From: Polyangiales bacterium
GTDB taxonomy: Bacteria; Myxococcota_A; Polyangia; Polyangiales; Polyangiaceae
NCBI GenBank assembly: GCA_038231275.1
Contig: JBBRLQ010000009.1
Location: 64,001-128,000 of the forward strand
Direction of reading: 5' to 3'
Length of the DNA: 64,000 nt
The notes beneath the pieces were generated by a model, which saw only the letters and a list, made by a program, of their open reading frames with translations, was not told the origin of the DNA and made no database searches. Made by a program: the position numbers and the translations under genes. Positions 50,485-60,195 of the stretch are shown here, one piece after another. Numbering within the stretch: the first letter of the stretch is position 1; the number at the start of each line of letters is the position of its first letter.

Positions 50485-50500
50485 AGCAGGTTGCGCGCCA
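50485..50500 (-). promoter_or_regulatory. Sigma54 (-24/-12) promoter
   Basis: Minus strand TGGCGCG-CAAC-CTGCT. Confidence 0.7.
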
Positions 50501-50638
50501 ACGAAGAATCGCCTTCGTGCCCGTGGGGCGGCGCGCGAGGCCCGCTCGATCCGGCTACTGCCTTCGCGCGCGGTGTAGCGGAACGCAGCAGTTCGCACGT
50601 CCCCGGCGCGCTCCGGGCGGCGTGGTAGGCTCGTAACG

Positions 50639-52918
50639 ATGGCGCACGACGACACCGGTGCTCCGACCGACGTCGATGAGGTGGATTCACGCACGTGGAC
50701 GACGCCCGCGCCCAGCGTGATCGGCGGTCGCTACCGCGCAGAGGCGCTGCTCGGCAGCGGCGCGATGGGCACGGTCTACCGCGTGCGCGACCTCGAGCTC
50801 GACGAGACCGTCGCCCTCAAGATGCTCAAGTCGCAGATGGACCTCGCTTCCCACGAGTTCTTTCGGCGCGAGGTCAGGCTCGCGCGCCGGGTCACGCACC
50901 GGAACGTGGTTCGCACGTTCGACATCGGGGAGCACGCGGGCGCGAGGTTCGTCACCCTCGAGTACGTCGACGGCATGAGCCTGCGTCGCGCGCTCGGCCA
51001 GGGACGCATCGACGTCGACCGCGGGCTGTCGATCGCCGCCCGCGTGTGCCTCGGGCTCGCCGCGATCCACGACGCGAGCATCGTCCATCGTGATCTCAAG
51101 CCCGACAACGTGCTGCTGGGCTACGCCGGCGAGGTCAAGGTCGCCGACTTCGGGGTCGCCTTCGCGGCCGGCAGTGTCGGCCGGGAGCTCGGCGGAGGTA
51201 CGCCGGGATACATGTCACCCGAGCAGATCGAGGAGCGCCCGGTAGACGCGCGCTCGGATCTCTACGCTCTCGGGGTGCTCCTCTTCGAGCTTTTCGCCGG
51301 TCGACGGCCGTGGACGGGGATGATCGCGCCGGCGGACTTGCCGCCCCTCACCGCGGCGGCGCCGGTTCCCGCCGTCCTCTCCGACGTCGTGTCGCGGTGC
51401 CTTCAGCGAGATCCGAGCCGGCGCCCCATCAGCGTGATGTCGGTCGCGAACGCCATCCACGAGCTCGCGTCCCTCGCTGAGCCCGCGTCCCTCGCGCCGC
51501 GCTCCCATGGCTGGCTCGACCCGAGGGCGACGAGCGTGGGTGTCGTCAGGTGGCGAGAAGACGGCGACACCTCGGTGGCCGCTGCCCTCGCGAGTGACCT
51601 CGTGCGCGAGCTCGCGGCGTTTCGTTCGCTCAGCGTCCGGCCGATCCTCATCGAGCGAACCCACGCCGATGTTCGTCTGGACGCGCTGGCAGCCGGAGTC
51701 GACGTCGTCGTCGACGGATCCGTACGAGACTCCGGCGACGAGATTTCGCTCGCCCTCCGTCTCGTCACCGCGAAGGACGGCGTGCTCCTTTGGGGCCGTG
51801 CTCTACGGTCTGCGCCCGCGGACGTGCTCGTCACAATCGCCGAGTCCGCGACCGCGATCGCGGCGGCGCTCGAGACCACCTCGACCCCGGCACGCGCGTC
51901 GGCGCCGCGCGACCCGGAAGCGGTGTCCCTCTACTTGCGTGCGGTGGACCTCTCCAGCCGCTCCTTCTCCGAGCTCTCGTCGGAGTGCATCACGCTGATC
52001 GAGCGCGCCCTCGAGCGCTCGCCGGACGATCCGGTCTTCCTCGCCGCGCTGGGAGAGACCTGGTCGCGCACCTTCTTCAGCGAAATCGACGGCGCGCGCG
52101 TGCGGTCCTGCGTCGAGCGCGCCGTGCAACTGGCGCCGGGGTACTCGGAGGCCCATACGGCGCTCGCGGCGGTGCTCTTCATCCAGAACGACGACGTCGG
52201 AACCGTACGCGCTCTCCTCCGCGCCCTCACGCTCACGCCGGCGTCCGTACAGGCGCGGTCGATGTTCGGCTGCGTGCTCGCGGCCGTCGGACGCGTGGAC
52301 GAAGGGCTCGAGTACTTGAGGTCGGCGTACGCGCTCGAGCCTCGCTTCGACATCGCGCGTTTCACGTTCGCGCGCGTCAACGAGCTCATTGGCCAGCCGG
52401 CCGCCGCCGATGCGCTGCTCGTGGACCCTCCTCCTCCGTCGGCGGCGCGCGTCGACTGGATGCATTGGCTTCAGCGCGTTCGCTTCGCCTTCACGCGGCG
52501 CGACGACGCGTACACGCAGGCTCTGCGAGAGAAGATCGCGCCAGCAGCCTTCGAGGTGCACCCGGTGCTCTTCGTCATGCGCCGGATCCTCGCGCGGGAG
52601 GGATCTCCGGGCGAGCTGCTTGCTCCGCTCGTGCAGGTCTCTAGCGCGCTCGCGTCGCGCCCCCGCGCGCGTCAGTTCATGACGCAGCTCACCGTCGAGG
52701 CCGCGACGTTCCTCGGGGACTTGGACGCGGCGGAGGAGAGCCTGGATCGCGCGGAACGTGAAGGAGCGATGGTCGATTGGCTCTGGGTCGAGCGAAGTCA
52801 GGGGCTCGCGCCCCTTCGGGGGAGGCCGCGCTTCGAGTCGATTCGCGCGCGGGTGGACCGAACGAGATCGGCGACGCGCGCAGAGCTGGACGCGCTCGCG
52901 CCCGTAGGCGGTCTCTGA
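50639..52918 (+). CDS. Cytoplasmic Ser/Thr kinase with TolB_N-like and TPR domains
   Basis: GSGAMGTVY, VALK, HRDLKPDN, DFG, GTPGYMSPEQ; C-terminal TPR-like helices. Confidence 0.9.
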   Translation: MAHDDTGAPTDVDEVDSRTWTTPAPSVIGGRYRAEALLGSGAMGTVYRVRDLELDETVALKMLKSQMDLASHEFFRREVRLARRVTHRNVVRTFDIGEHAGARFVTLEYVDGMSLRRALGQGRIDVDRGLSIAARVCLGLAAIHDASIVHRDLKPDNVLLGYAGEVKVADFGVAFAAGSVGRELGGGTPGYMSPEQIEERPVDARSDLYALGVLLFELFAGRRPWTGMIAPADLPPLTAAAPVPAVLSDVVSRCLQRDPSRRPISVMSVANAIHELASLAEPASLAPRSHGWLDPRATSVGVVRWREDGDTSVAAALASDLVRELAAFRSLSVRPILIERTHADVRLDALAAGVDVVVDGSVRDSGDEISLALRLVTAKDGVLLWGRALRSAPADVLVTIAESATAIAAALETTSTPARASAPRDPEAVSLYLRAVDLSSRSFSELSSECITLIERALERSPDDPVFLAALGETWSRTFFSEIDGARVRSCVERAVQLAPGYSEAHTALAAVLFIQNDDVGTVRALLRALTLTPASVQARSMFGCVLAAVGRVDEGLEYLRSAYALEPRFDIARFTFARVNELIGQPAAADALLVDPPPPSAARVDWMHWLQRVRFAFTRRDDAYTQALREKIAPAAFEVHPVLFVMRRILAREGSPGELLAPLVQVSSALASRPRARQFMTQLTVEAATFLGDLDAAEESLDRAEREGAMVDWLWVERSQGLAPLRGRPRFESIRARVDRTRSATRAELDALAPVGGL

Positions 52919-52919
52919 G

Positions 52920-54650
52920 ATGACGCGCCCCGCAGGGAGCGCCTCTGGCGAGCTCCTCGTCGTGGTGGGCGGCGGCGGCGACGCGACCTCTCGCTTGCTC
53001 GTCGGAGCGGATTCGCGTGTCGTCGGTCGCTCCAAGGACGCCGATCTCGTCGTGCACGATCCGAACGTGTCTCGGCGACATCTGAGTGTCCGCGCCGATG
53101 GGCGCGTCGTGGTGGTGGAAGCGATGCCGGGCGCGGCCCCTTTTCTGCACGGCGGCAAGCCGACGACGGTGGCGAGCGTGGGGCCCGGCGATCACGTCAT
53201 CGTCGGCAGCACCATCCTCTCGGTGTTTCTCGCCGAGGACGGCGCGGGCACCTCGGGCGCCGACGGTTCGACGGTTCTCGGCGGACTCAGCGCGGACGTC
53301 CGAGGCCTCTCCGCGGTGGTCTCGCTCCTCGAAGGGCTCGCGCACGCCGGCGATCGCGATGAGATCGTCCTTGCGACCGACGCCTGGGCGCGCACACACC
53401 TCGGAGCGGCCTCGGCGAGCGTCACGGCGAAGGAGGCTCTCGGGAATCCAGGACGGGGGGAGTTGCCCGTCGCGCTGGCGGTGGAAGCGGCGCCAGGCAC
53501 GCGCGGGCAGGGCGCGGAGCTGGTCGCGCGCCTCGCAGGGGACGCGGGTTGCCTGGTGGTGTCGTTCGCGCGGCAGCCCGAGGACGTCGAAGAGGGCGTC
53601 CGTGCGATCGCAGCGGTCGGCGCGTCGATCGTCTCCGCGAGCCTCGCGTCGGTCAGCGCCAAACGGGCGCTTTTGGCACAATCCGCCGATCTTCGGACCC
53701 TCGCGGTCGGCAGCGCGCGCACGTTCCTCGGCCACTCCAAGGCGGCGACCCAGGTGGACGCGCTCGTGCGCAAGCTCGCTGCCTCCGACACTACGGTGCT
53801 CCTCGCCGGCGAGAGCGGGACGGGAAAGACGTTCGCCGCGAGGCTCATCCACGAAGCCGGCGCGCGCGCGAACGCTCCCCTTCGCGTGCTCAATTGCGCG
53901 GCGGTGCCCGAGGCGCTCCTCGAGAGCGAGCTCTTCGGCAGCGAGCGCGGAGCCTTCAGCGGCGCCATCGCGACGCGCATCGGCGCCTTCGAGTCGGCGG
54001 GCGAAGGCACGCTCCTCCTCGACGAGATCGGAGAGCTCTCCCTCACGGGTCAGGCCAAGATCCTGCGCGCCGTGGAGGAGCGCCGTTTCGAGCGCGTCGG
54101 CTCGAACAAATCCCTCACGCTGAGAGCGCGGATCCTGGCGGCAACGAACCGAGACCTCCGCGAGATGGTCGAGCTCGGCACGTTCCGCCGCGACCTGTTC
54201 TTCCGCATCTCCGTCGTGACCATGACCCTCCCGCCGCTCCGTGATCGCGGGGACGACATCGTGCTGCTCGCCGAGCGGATGCTCGCCGATTTCGGTCCGA
54301 CGGCCGCGCGACGGGTGACGGGTTTCACCGCGGAGGCCCGCGCAGCGCTGTGTGCGTACGCATGGCCGGGCAACGCGCGGGAGCTCAGGAACGCCGTCGA
54401 GCACGCGCTCGTCCTCGGCGAGGACGAGACGATCGGCGTGGAGGATCTCCCGGAGCTCGTGCGGGGAGCCGTCGCCAGCGCGCGCGCCTCCGCCGATCCG
54501 ATGGTCGTGAATCTCCCTGCCGATCTGCGGTGGCTCGAAGAACGCGCCATCGAGGCCGCCCTGATCCACACCGGCGGCAACCGCACGCGCGCCGCGGCGT
54601 TGCTGGGAATCAACCGCGTCACGCTCCAGAAGAAGCTCGCCGCCAAGTAG
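52920..54650 (+). CDS. FHA-domain sigma54-dependent activator (bEBP) with Fis-type HTH
   Basis: FHA (VGR, VSRRH); GESGTGKT, ESELFG..RGAFSGA, LDEIGE, FRRDLFFR, WPGNARELRN; GNRTRAA.LLGI.R.TL. Confidence 0.93.
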   Translation: MTRPAGSASGELLVVVGGGGDATSRLLVGADSRVVGRSKDADLVVHDPNVSRRHLSVRADGRVVVVEAMPGAAPFLHGGKPTTVASVGPGDHVIVGSTILSVFLAEDGAGTSGADGSTVLGGLSADVRGLSAVVSLLEGLAHAGDRDEIVLATDAWARTHLGAASASVTAKEALGNPGRGELPVALAVEAAPGTRGQGAELVARLAGDAGCLVVSFARQPEDVEEGVRAIAAVGASIVSASLASVSAKRALLAQSADLRTLAVGSARTFLGHSKAATQVDALVRKLAASDTTVLLAGESGTGKTFAARLIHEAGARANAPLRVLNCAAVPEALLESELFGSERGAFSGAIATRIGAFESAGEGTLLLDEIGELSLTGQAKILRAVEERRFERVGSNKSLTLRARILAATNRDLREMVELGTFRRDLFFRISVVTMTLPPLRDRGDDIVLLAERMLADFGPTAARRVTGFTAEARAALCAYAWPGNARELRNAVEHALVLGEDETIGVEDLPELVRGAVASARASADPMVVNLPADLRWLEERAIEAALIHTGGNRTRAAALLGINRVTLQKKLAAK

Positions 54651-54718
54651 GTCCTCGATGCGTCAGTGCCGCGCTTCCCCGTGCTCAGGGCCTCGCCGGC
54701 GCTGGGGACGCCACGAGG

Positions 54719-55132
54719 TCAGACTGAAGCCGGGGGGGCGCGTCGTGCAAGGATCGCACGACGGACGAGGAGACCGCCGACCAGCGTGGCGCCGAGGAGC
54801 GTCGCAGCGCCTCCGACCTCGAACCATATGGGGTTCGCGCCGCGGCGGTAGAGCACGATGAACGTGCTTTCGACGAGGATGATGGCCGCGGTGACGAGGA
54901 CGGGAATGCGCGAGCCTCCGCCGCCCGCCAGGGTGCCCGCGGCGCCGCCGAGCAGGCCGGAGACGATCGCAACGAGTGTCGCGAGGACATGGATGTGGAT
55001 CGGCGCCGAGACTTCGATGATTCCGCCGAGGGGCGTGAAGCCGACGATGGTGGCGATTTCGATCACGACGAAGCCCGCGAAACCCGCAACGAACCTCCAA
55101 AGAACGCGCAAGAACGCGACGAGCCATTTCAT
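54719..55132 (-). CDS. Small multi-pass membrane protein
   Basis: GAGGAG SD; about four hydrophobic segments. Confidence 0.7.
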   Translation of the reverse strand: MKWLVAFLRVLWRFVAGFAGFVVIEIATIVGFTPLGGIIEVSAPIHIHVLATLVAIVSGLLGGAAGTLAGGGGSRIPVLVTAAIILVESTFIVLYRRGANPIWFEVGGAATLLGATLVGGLLVRRAILARRAPPASV

Positions 55133-55289
55133 GATGCTGCTCCTCTCGACGAGCGTGGTGCTCGAGAAAGACGCTAGGAGAGCGCGCGCGCCCCCGCATG
55201 TGCCGGAGGGCACCCCCGCGGGAATTCCGAAGCCCATGACTTTCGGCAGGGGTGGCGACCGAGCGGGGCGACTACACTTCCTGCGCACG

Positions 55290-56435
55290 ATGAATTTGCC
55301 CGACGACTACCGACGACACCTTCGCATCGGCGGCACCGCGATCTGGGCGGCGGTGGGGGCGCCGGTGCTCGCTTCGGGCGCGCTTGATCCGAAGGCGAAT
55401 GGGGGAGCCGTGGCGCTCGTCGCGTGGGGCGCGGCGTTCCTGCTTTTCGGCGCGACGTTCCGGTGGGCGACGCGCGGGAACGTCGCAAGGAGCGCAGCCG
55501 TCGCGTTGGTCGCGCTGCAGACGACGCTCGCTCTCGCGCTGCTCGCGTTGCCCCCGTGCTTCGGGCTCGAGGCGGCGCTCCTTGTCCTCGTCGCTCTCGA
55601 GTTGGGCGGGCTCTTTTCGCGCCGCGGCGCCGGCGCGTGGATCGCGGCGCAGAGCACGGGCTTCTGCGCGATCACGTGGGCGCAGTGGGGGTGGCATTGG
55701 GCCGTCGTCCTCACGTTCGTCTACTGCGCGTTCCAGCTCGTCGCCGACGCGACGACGCGCCTGTTCAAGGACGGCGCCGCGACGCGCGCACGGCTCACCG
55801 CGCGCACCGCCGAGCTCGAAGCCACGCGCGAGCTCCTCGCGCAGAGCACGCGCCTCGCCGAGCGCGCCAAGATCGCGCGCGACCTCCACGATGTGCTCGG
55901 CCACCACCTGACCGCCCTCTCGTTGAACCTCGAGATCGCCAGTCACCTGACCGAAGGAGACGCCCTTGCGCGTGTGGAGACCGCGCAGTCGGTGACGCGC
56001 CTACTCCTCGGGGACGTGCGCGGCGTCGTGGGAACGCTGCGGCGCGAGACGCGCCTCGATCTCTCGCTCGCCCTCAAAAAGCTGGCCGACGGCATCCCCC
56101 GGCCACGGATCCACGTCGACGTCGCGCCGGGCTTCTCGCTCGACGATCCGGCCGCCGGCGAGGTCGTGCTGCGCTGCGCACAGGAGATCGTGACCAACGC
56201 GGTCCGTCACGCGCACGCCGACAACCTTCGGCTCGAGGTGACGGAAAGCCCCACCGGCATCCAAATCCACGCGCGCGACGACGGGCGCGGCGCCGGCGAG
56301 CTGCGCCTAGGCGGCGGCCTCTCGGGCATGCGCGATCGGCTCGAACAGCGCGGCGGCGGCCTCTCGGTGGAGACCGCACCGGGGAGAGGGTTCTCGCTGA
56401 CCGGGACCTTGCCGCGAACGAGGGCGCTGTCGTGA
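55290..56435 (+). CDS. Membrane sensor histidine kinase, HisKA_3 (DesK/NarX-like)
   Basis: ERAKIARDLHDVLGHHLT, QEIVTNAVRHA, DDGRG, GLSGMRDR. Confidence 0.92.
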   Translation: MNLPDDYRRHLRIGGTAIWAAVGAPVLASGALDPKANGGAVALVAWGAAFLLFGATFRWATRGNVARSAAVALVALQTTLALALLALPPCFGLEAALLVLVALELGGLFSRRGAGAWIAAQSTGFCAITWAQWGWHWAVVLTFVYCAFQLVADATTRLFKDGAATRARLTARTAELEATRELLAQSTRLAERAKIARDLHDVLGHHLTALSLNLEIASHLTEGDALARVETAQSVTRLLLGDVRGVVGTLRRETRLDLSLALKKLADGIPRPRIHVDVAPGFSLDDPAAGEVVLRCAQEIVTNAVRHAHADNLRLEVTESPTGIQIHARDDGRGAGELRLGGGLSGMRDRLEQRGGGLSVETAPGRGFSLTGTLPRTRALS

Positions 56436-57073
56436 TCCGGGTCTTCCTCGTCGAGGATCAAGAGCTCGTGCGCGAAGGGATCCGGAGCCTCCTCGCGCTC
56501 GATCGCCGCGTGGAGGTCGTGGGGACCGCGTCGGACGGCGAAGAGGCGCTCGCCGCGATCCCCGCTGCGCGCGCCGACGTCGTCCTCCTCGACCTGCTCC
56601 TTCCTAAGCTCTCCGGCCTCGATGTCCTTCGGCGCCTCGGCGCGGCGGACTCGCTCCCTCCGGTCATCATCCTCACGACGTTCGATGACGACGAGGCGCT
56701 CGTCGAGGGGCTTCGCGCAGGCGCGCGCGGCTACCTGCTCAAAGACGTCTCGCTCGCGGAGCTCGTCGATGCGATCCTGACCGTCGCGTCGGGCGGCACC
56801 GCGGTGCGTCCCGTCGTCTCCGAGCGCGTGGTGCGTGGGCTCGAGGCAGCGCCGGCCGAGTTCCCGCACCTCGATCCCCCGGATCGGCTCACCGAGCGCG
56901 AGATCGACGTGCTCCGGCTTATGACCGGCGGCTATAGCAACCGCGAGATCGCGCGTGCGCTCGTCCTGTCCGAGGGCACGGTGAAGAACCACGTCTCGAG
57001 CATCCTCTCGAAGCTCGGCGTCCGCGACCGCACGCGCGCGGTGCTCCAGGCCGTCAAGGCCGGTTACTTCTGA
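56432..57073 (+). CDS. NarL/LuxR family response regulator
   Basis: GTGA overlap; VFLVED, LLD, LTTFD, GYLLK; LTERE..GYSNREIA..EGTVKNHVS. Confidence 0.95.
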   Translation: MIRVFLVEDQELVREGIRSLLALDRRVEVVGTASDGEEALAAIPAARADVVLLDLLLPKLSGLDVLRRLGAADSLPPVIILTTFDDDEALVEGLRAGARGYLLKDVSLAELVDAILTVASGGTAVRPVVSERVVRGLEAAPAEFPHLDPPDRLTEREIDVLRLMTGGYSNREIARALVLSEGTVKNHVSSILSKLGVRDRTRAVLQAVKAGYF

Positions 57074-57082
57074 GCCGCTCGT

Positions 57083-58465
57083 CTACAGCGCACAAACGCA
57101 CTCGGTGGGGATCTTTGCGCCCTGCGCGATCCACAGGCGCACGCGCTCGAGCTCGTCGAACGTGAACCCTGGGTTCCCGTTCGTCGGGCCGTTCGGGCCG
57201 ATGTTCGGGTACGGCATCTCACGCCCGAGGATGAAGTCGGAGAGGATCGTGCGCTCGGTGACGTCGGGCGCCGTCGCGAACGGCCTCGCGAGGAGACCGC
57301 TCACCGGCGCGGCGACGAGGGGCAGCGAGCACAGCTTCGCGTCGGGCTTCGTTGGGTCCGGGGCTTGGCACACGCGCCGCCATCCCGCCGTCGCGCCGCA
57401 GTCGGAGTCCTTTTGGCAGTTCAACCCGAAATTTGGAGGGAGCGTATTGCACTTCTGCCCCGCGGTGTCGCAGCCGCCGGTCGCACAGTCGGAGTCCTTC
57501 TCGCAGCCGTCGAGGCACGTGCTCGTGCCGGAGTTGCATACTACACCGGTCGCCGTTTGGCCGAGCGTGCAGTCGGCCGTCTTCGTGCAGGCATCGCCTC
57601 GGGAAGAGATGATTCGGCCGTCGCATCGACCGAACGTCGCGGGCGGCGTCGTCGCGGGATCGCTCGGCGCGGCGAGGAGCAGCTTGTACATGAGCCAGCT
57701 CCGGTCCGGGAATCCCGGCTCGACGATCGCCATGTCGATCCCGAAGACACGCGCCGGCTCCGACGCCGCCGCGCGCGCGCCGGTGTTCGAGCCGTTGGCG
57801 ACGCGTCCGATCGCGTGGCGCATTCCCGCGCTCGTCTCGAGGATGAGCCCTGCCGCTGGGCTGCTCATCCCGTCGCCGAAGCGCGCCGTGTCGCCGCCGG
57901 TGTTTCGCGCGCCGTGGCACGACGACGCCGAGCACCTCTGCTGGAAGAGCGGCGCGACGTCGCGACAATAGTCCGCCGTCGGTTCGCCGCTGCCCGCGCC
58001 CGAAGCCGCCGACGTCAAGAACCCGATCTGGAGGTGTGTGTCTCCCGCGAAGAGCGGCGCGCGATCGATCGCGCGGAAGCCAAACGGATCCGAGTCACCC
58101 TTGGCGACGCGAAGGAACACCTTGTATGGCTGGTCCGGCTTGAGCCACGCGTCGTTCCCTTGCGGCGACAGCGTCACCACGCGCGCAACCGGATCGTACG
58201 AGACGACCGGGATCAGCGGCACGTTGTTCGCGTCGACGAGGGCTATGCCCTGGCGGTTCACCGTCGACGGCAAGAGCATCCGATCGAACTGGATGCGAAT
58301 CGCGGCGTCCGCCGGGAAGGTGCGATCGGTGCCGATGTTCGCGCCGACCACGCTGACGAGCGGACCGTACGTGACCTGATCGTGCTGCTTGCCCTGATCG
58401 CAGCCACCGGCGCTCCCCCCGAGCGCGGCGACGGCGACGAAGGCCAGGAGACCTGCGACGCTCAG
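57083..58465 (-). CDS. Lipoprotein with Ig-like (Big_5) domain and a cytochrome c-like domain containing a Cys-rich insert
   Basis: Hydrophobic stretch plus AGGC lipobox; IRIQFDR.L.P.TV Ig-like motif; DVAPLFQQRCSASSCH, VEPG.P..S.L..KL, MP, VRLWIAQGA. Start uncertain (CTG proposed). Confidence 0.72.
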   Translation of the reverse strand: MSVAGLLAFVAVAALGGSAGGCDQGKQHDQVTYGPLVSVVGANIGTDRTFPADAAIRIQFDRMLLPSTVNRQGIALVDANNVPLIPVVSYDPVARVVTLSPQGNDAWLKPDQPYKVFLRVAKGDSDPFGFRAIDRAPLFAGDTHLQIGFLTSAASGAGSGEPTADYCRDVAPLFQQRCSASSCHGARNTGGDTARFGDGMSSPAAGLILETSAGMRHAIGRVANGSNTGARAAASEPARVFGIDMAIVEPGFPDRSWLMYKLLLAAPSDPATTPPATFGRCDGRIISSRGDACTKTADCTLGQTATGVVCNSGTSTCLDGCEKDSDCATGGCDTAGQKCNTLPPNFGLNCQKDSDCGATAGWRRVCQAPDPTKPDAKLCSLPLVAAPVSGLLARPFATAPDVTERTILSDFILGREMPYPNIGPNGPTNGNPGFTFDELERVRLWIAQGAKIPTECVCAL

Positions 58466-58716
58466 CTCTCGGCGTAGAGGGAGAGCTGCTCGCGGACGAC
58501 CGGCTCGCTCACGCCCGAGCGAATGTGCTCCTTCAGGCAGTCGGCGAGGGTCAGAAGGAGATCGTCGACCCCCTTGTCCTCGATGAGCTTCGCCAGGAGC
58601 GCCTTCGCCTCGCGGCTGTCGTCCCCCCGGAGAAACTGGCGCACGTTGTCCAGCGAGATCTCGCCCTGGAAATCCAGGTACATGTTCTCCATCAAATAAC
58701 GGACGAGCTCTTTCAC
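58462..58716 (-). CDS. Small acidic helical cytoplasmic protein (84 aa)
   Basis: AGGAGG SD before the GTG; clean high-GC3 ORF. Confidence 0.8.
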   Translation of the reverse strand: MKELVRYLMENMYLDFQGEISLDNVRQFLRGDDSREAKALLAKLIEDKGVDDLLLTLADCLKEHIRSGVSEPVVREQLSLYAES

Positions 58717-58830
58717 GCAAGACCTCCTGGGGACGGGGGGTGAGCGGCGATAGATACCGCCCGGTCCCCTCGCGGCGCAAGGGATTACGCCAGGCGAGCG
58801 TGAATTTCCGCGTGGATTTGCGCCGCAATT

Positions 58831-60195
58831 TCAACGGCATTGCGCGAGGACTCCGTCGCCGGGGTTGTGGCAGACAAAGCAGGGGCGCGGGTTTCTCCGC
58901 ATCTGGGTGGCGCATCCGCCCGCGAAACCGGACTTGTGGGGGTTGAAGCCGCCCCCGACGCCCTGCCCGCCGTGGCACACGACGCAGTCGCGCTCGACGT
59001 GGCACGACACGCACGCATTCAGGTTTCGCTGCGCTTCGAACGCGTGGTGGCCGGGCCTCCGCGGCGCGTTGCTCCACACGTCCTTCGCGGGGTGGAAGCG
59101 GCCGTTGTCGCGCACGCCGGACGGCCCGCTCATCGACACGCCGAGCCGCTGGTGGCACTGCAGGCAGAAGCTCTGCTCGCGGTGGCAGCTCGTGCACTTC
59201 TGCGCGGCTTGGCGCGCCTCGATGGGGTGCATCGAGATGTAGTCGTTGGGGTGGATGCTGCGCGGGCGGACGCGACCGTCGTGGCAGTCGGCGCAGAACT
59301 CCTCTTTGTGGCAGTTGCCGCAGAACGACGAGTCGTTGGCGGCGACCATCTTGTGGCGCTCGATCCAATCGGGCGTGTGCTGCGCGTTGTGGAGCCATCG
59401 CGGCGGCATCAGCTTGCCGGTCGCGAAGACGGTCTGCATGCGCCCGCCCTCCTTGATCGTGTTGCGCACGTGGCACGTCTCGCACGCGCCCTTGGCCTCG
59501 CCGCGCGCGGCGCTGTCGGTCATTTGGTGGCAGCCGAAGCAGCCGCGCATGCGGGGGAGCTGGTCGCGCGTCGCGAGCTCGAGATCCTGGACCGCGCCGT
59601 GGCACTGCGGGCAGGCGATGTTCCGGTCGTTGTGCTTCTTGTGGTTGAAGACGAGGTTCGGCCGCGGAATCTGGAACGCGGCGACCTTGTTGCCGTCGCC
59701 GTCCTTGTACCCAACGTGGCAGAAGGCGCATTTGCTGGCGGCGTCGTCGCTGCCCTTCACCGCGTCGAGGTTGTCGTGGTCGACGCTGTGGCAGTCGTCG
59801 CACACGTTGCCCTTGGGCGTGAGGTGATCCTGAACCGACGTGCTCGTCGCCGCGTCTTTGTGGCAGCTCGTGCACTTCTGCTTCTGGTCGACGACGTGGA
59901 AGCGGTGGTTGAAGCGGATCGTGAGCTTCTGCGACGGGTAGACGACGTCGCTCGGCCCGGTGTCGGGATCGAACGAGCCGGGCGGGAGGAGCTTGGCGGG
60001 GACGCGCTGATCGTTCGGCAGGGGAGCGAGGCCGGTGTGGAACGCGGCGCCCGGAGTCGGCGTCGGGGTCGGAGTCGGGGTCGGGGTCGGAGTCGGGGTC
60101 GGAGTCGGAGTCGGAGTCGGAGTCGGACCCTGCGCGACGGCGAGGGACACCGCGAGGACCAGCGCGAGCAGGAGGAGCCAGAACGTCGACTTCAT
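58831..60195 (-). CDS. Periplasmic multiheme cytochrome c (13 CxxCH; cytochrome c3/c7-like)
   Basis: Signal peptide; (PT)n linker; CTSCH, CDDCH, CAFCH, CPQCH, CFGCH, CETCH, CGNCH, CADCH, CTSCH, CLQCH, CVSCH, CVVCH, CFVCH; FNH motifs. Confidence 0.93.
   Translation of the reverse strand: MKSTFWLLLLALVLAVSLAVAQGPTPTPTPTPTPTPTPTPTPTPTPTPGAAFHTGLAPLPNDQRVPAKLLPPGSFDPDTGPSDVVYPSQKLTIRFNHRFHVVDQKQKCTSCHKDAATSTSVQDHLTPKGNVCDDCHSVDHDNLDAVKGSDDAASKCAFCHVGYKDGDGNKVAAFQIPRPNLVFNHKKHNDRNIACPQCHGAVQDLELATRDQLPRMRGCFGCHQMTDSAARGEAKGACETCHVRNTIKEGGRMQTVFATGKLMPPRWLHNAQHTPDWIERHKMVAANDSSFCGNCHKEEFCADCHDGRVRPRSIHPNDYISMHPIEARQAAQKCTSCHREQSFCLQCHQRLGVSMSGPSGVRDNGRFHPAKDVWSNAPRRPGHHAFEAQRNLNACVSCHVERDCVVCHGGQGVGGGFNPHKSGFAGGCATQMRRNPRPCFVCHNPGDGVLAQCR
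60053..60127. repeat. GG(G/A)GTC microsatellite encoding the Pro-Thr linker of the cytochrome
   Basis: Tandem hexamers read directly from the sequence. Confidence 0.95.

Noticed and set aside
58466..59875. N-terminal extension of the 930-aa ORF
   Set aside because: Out-of-frame overlap with the cytochrome and the 84-aa gene; low-complexity Arg/Pro sequence.
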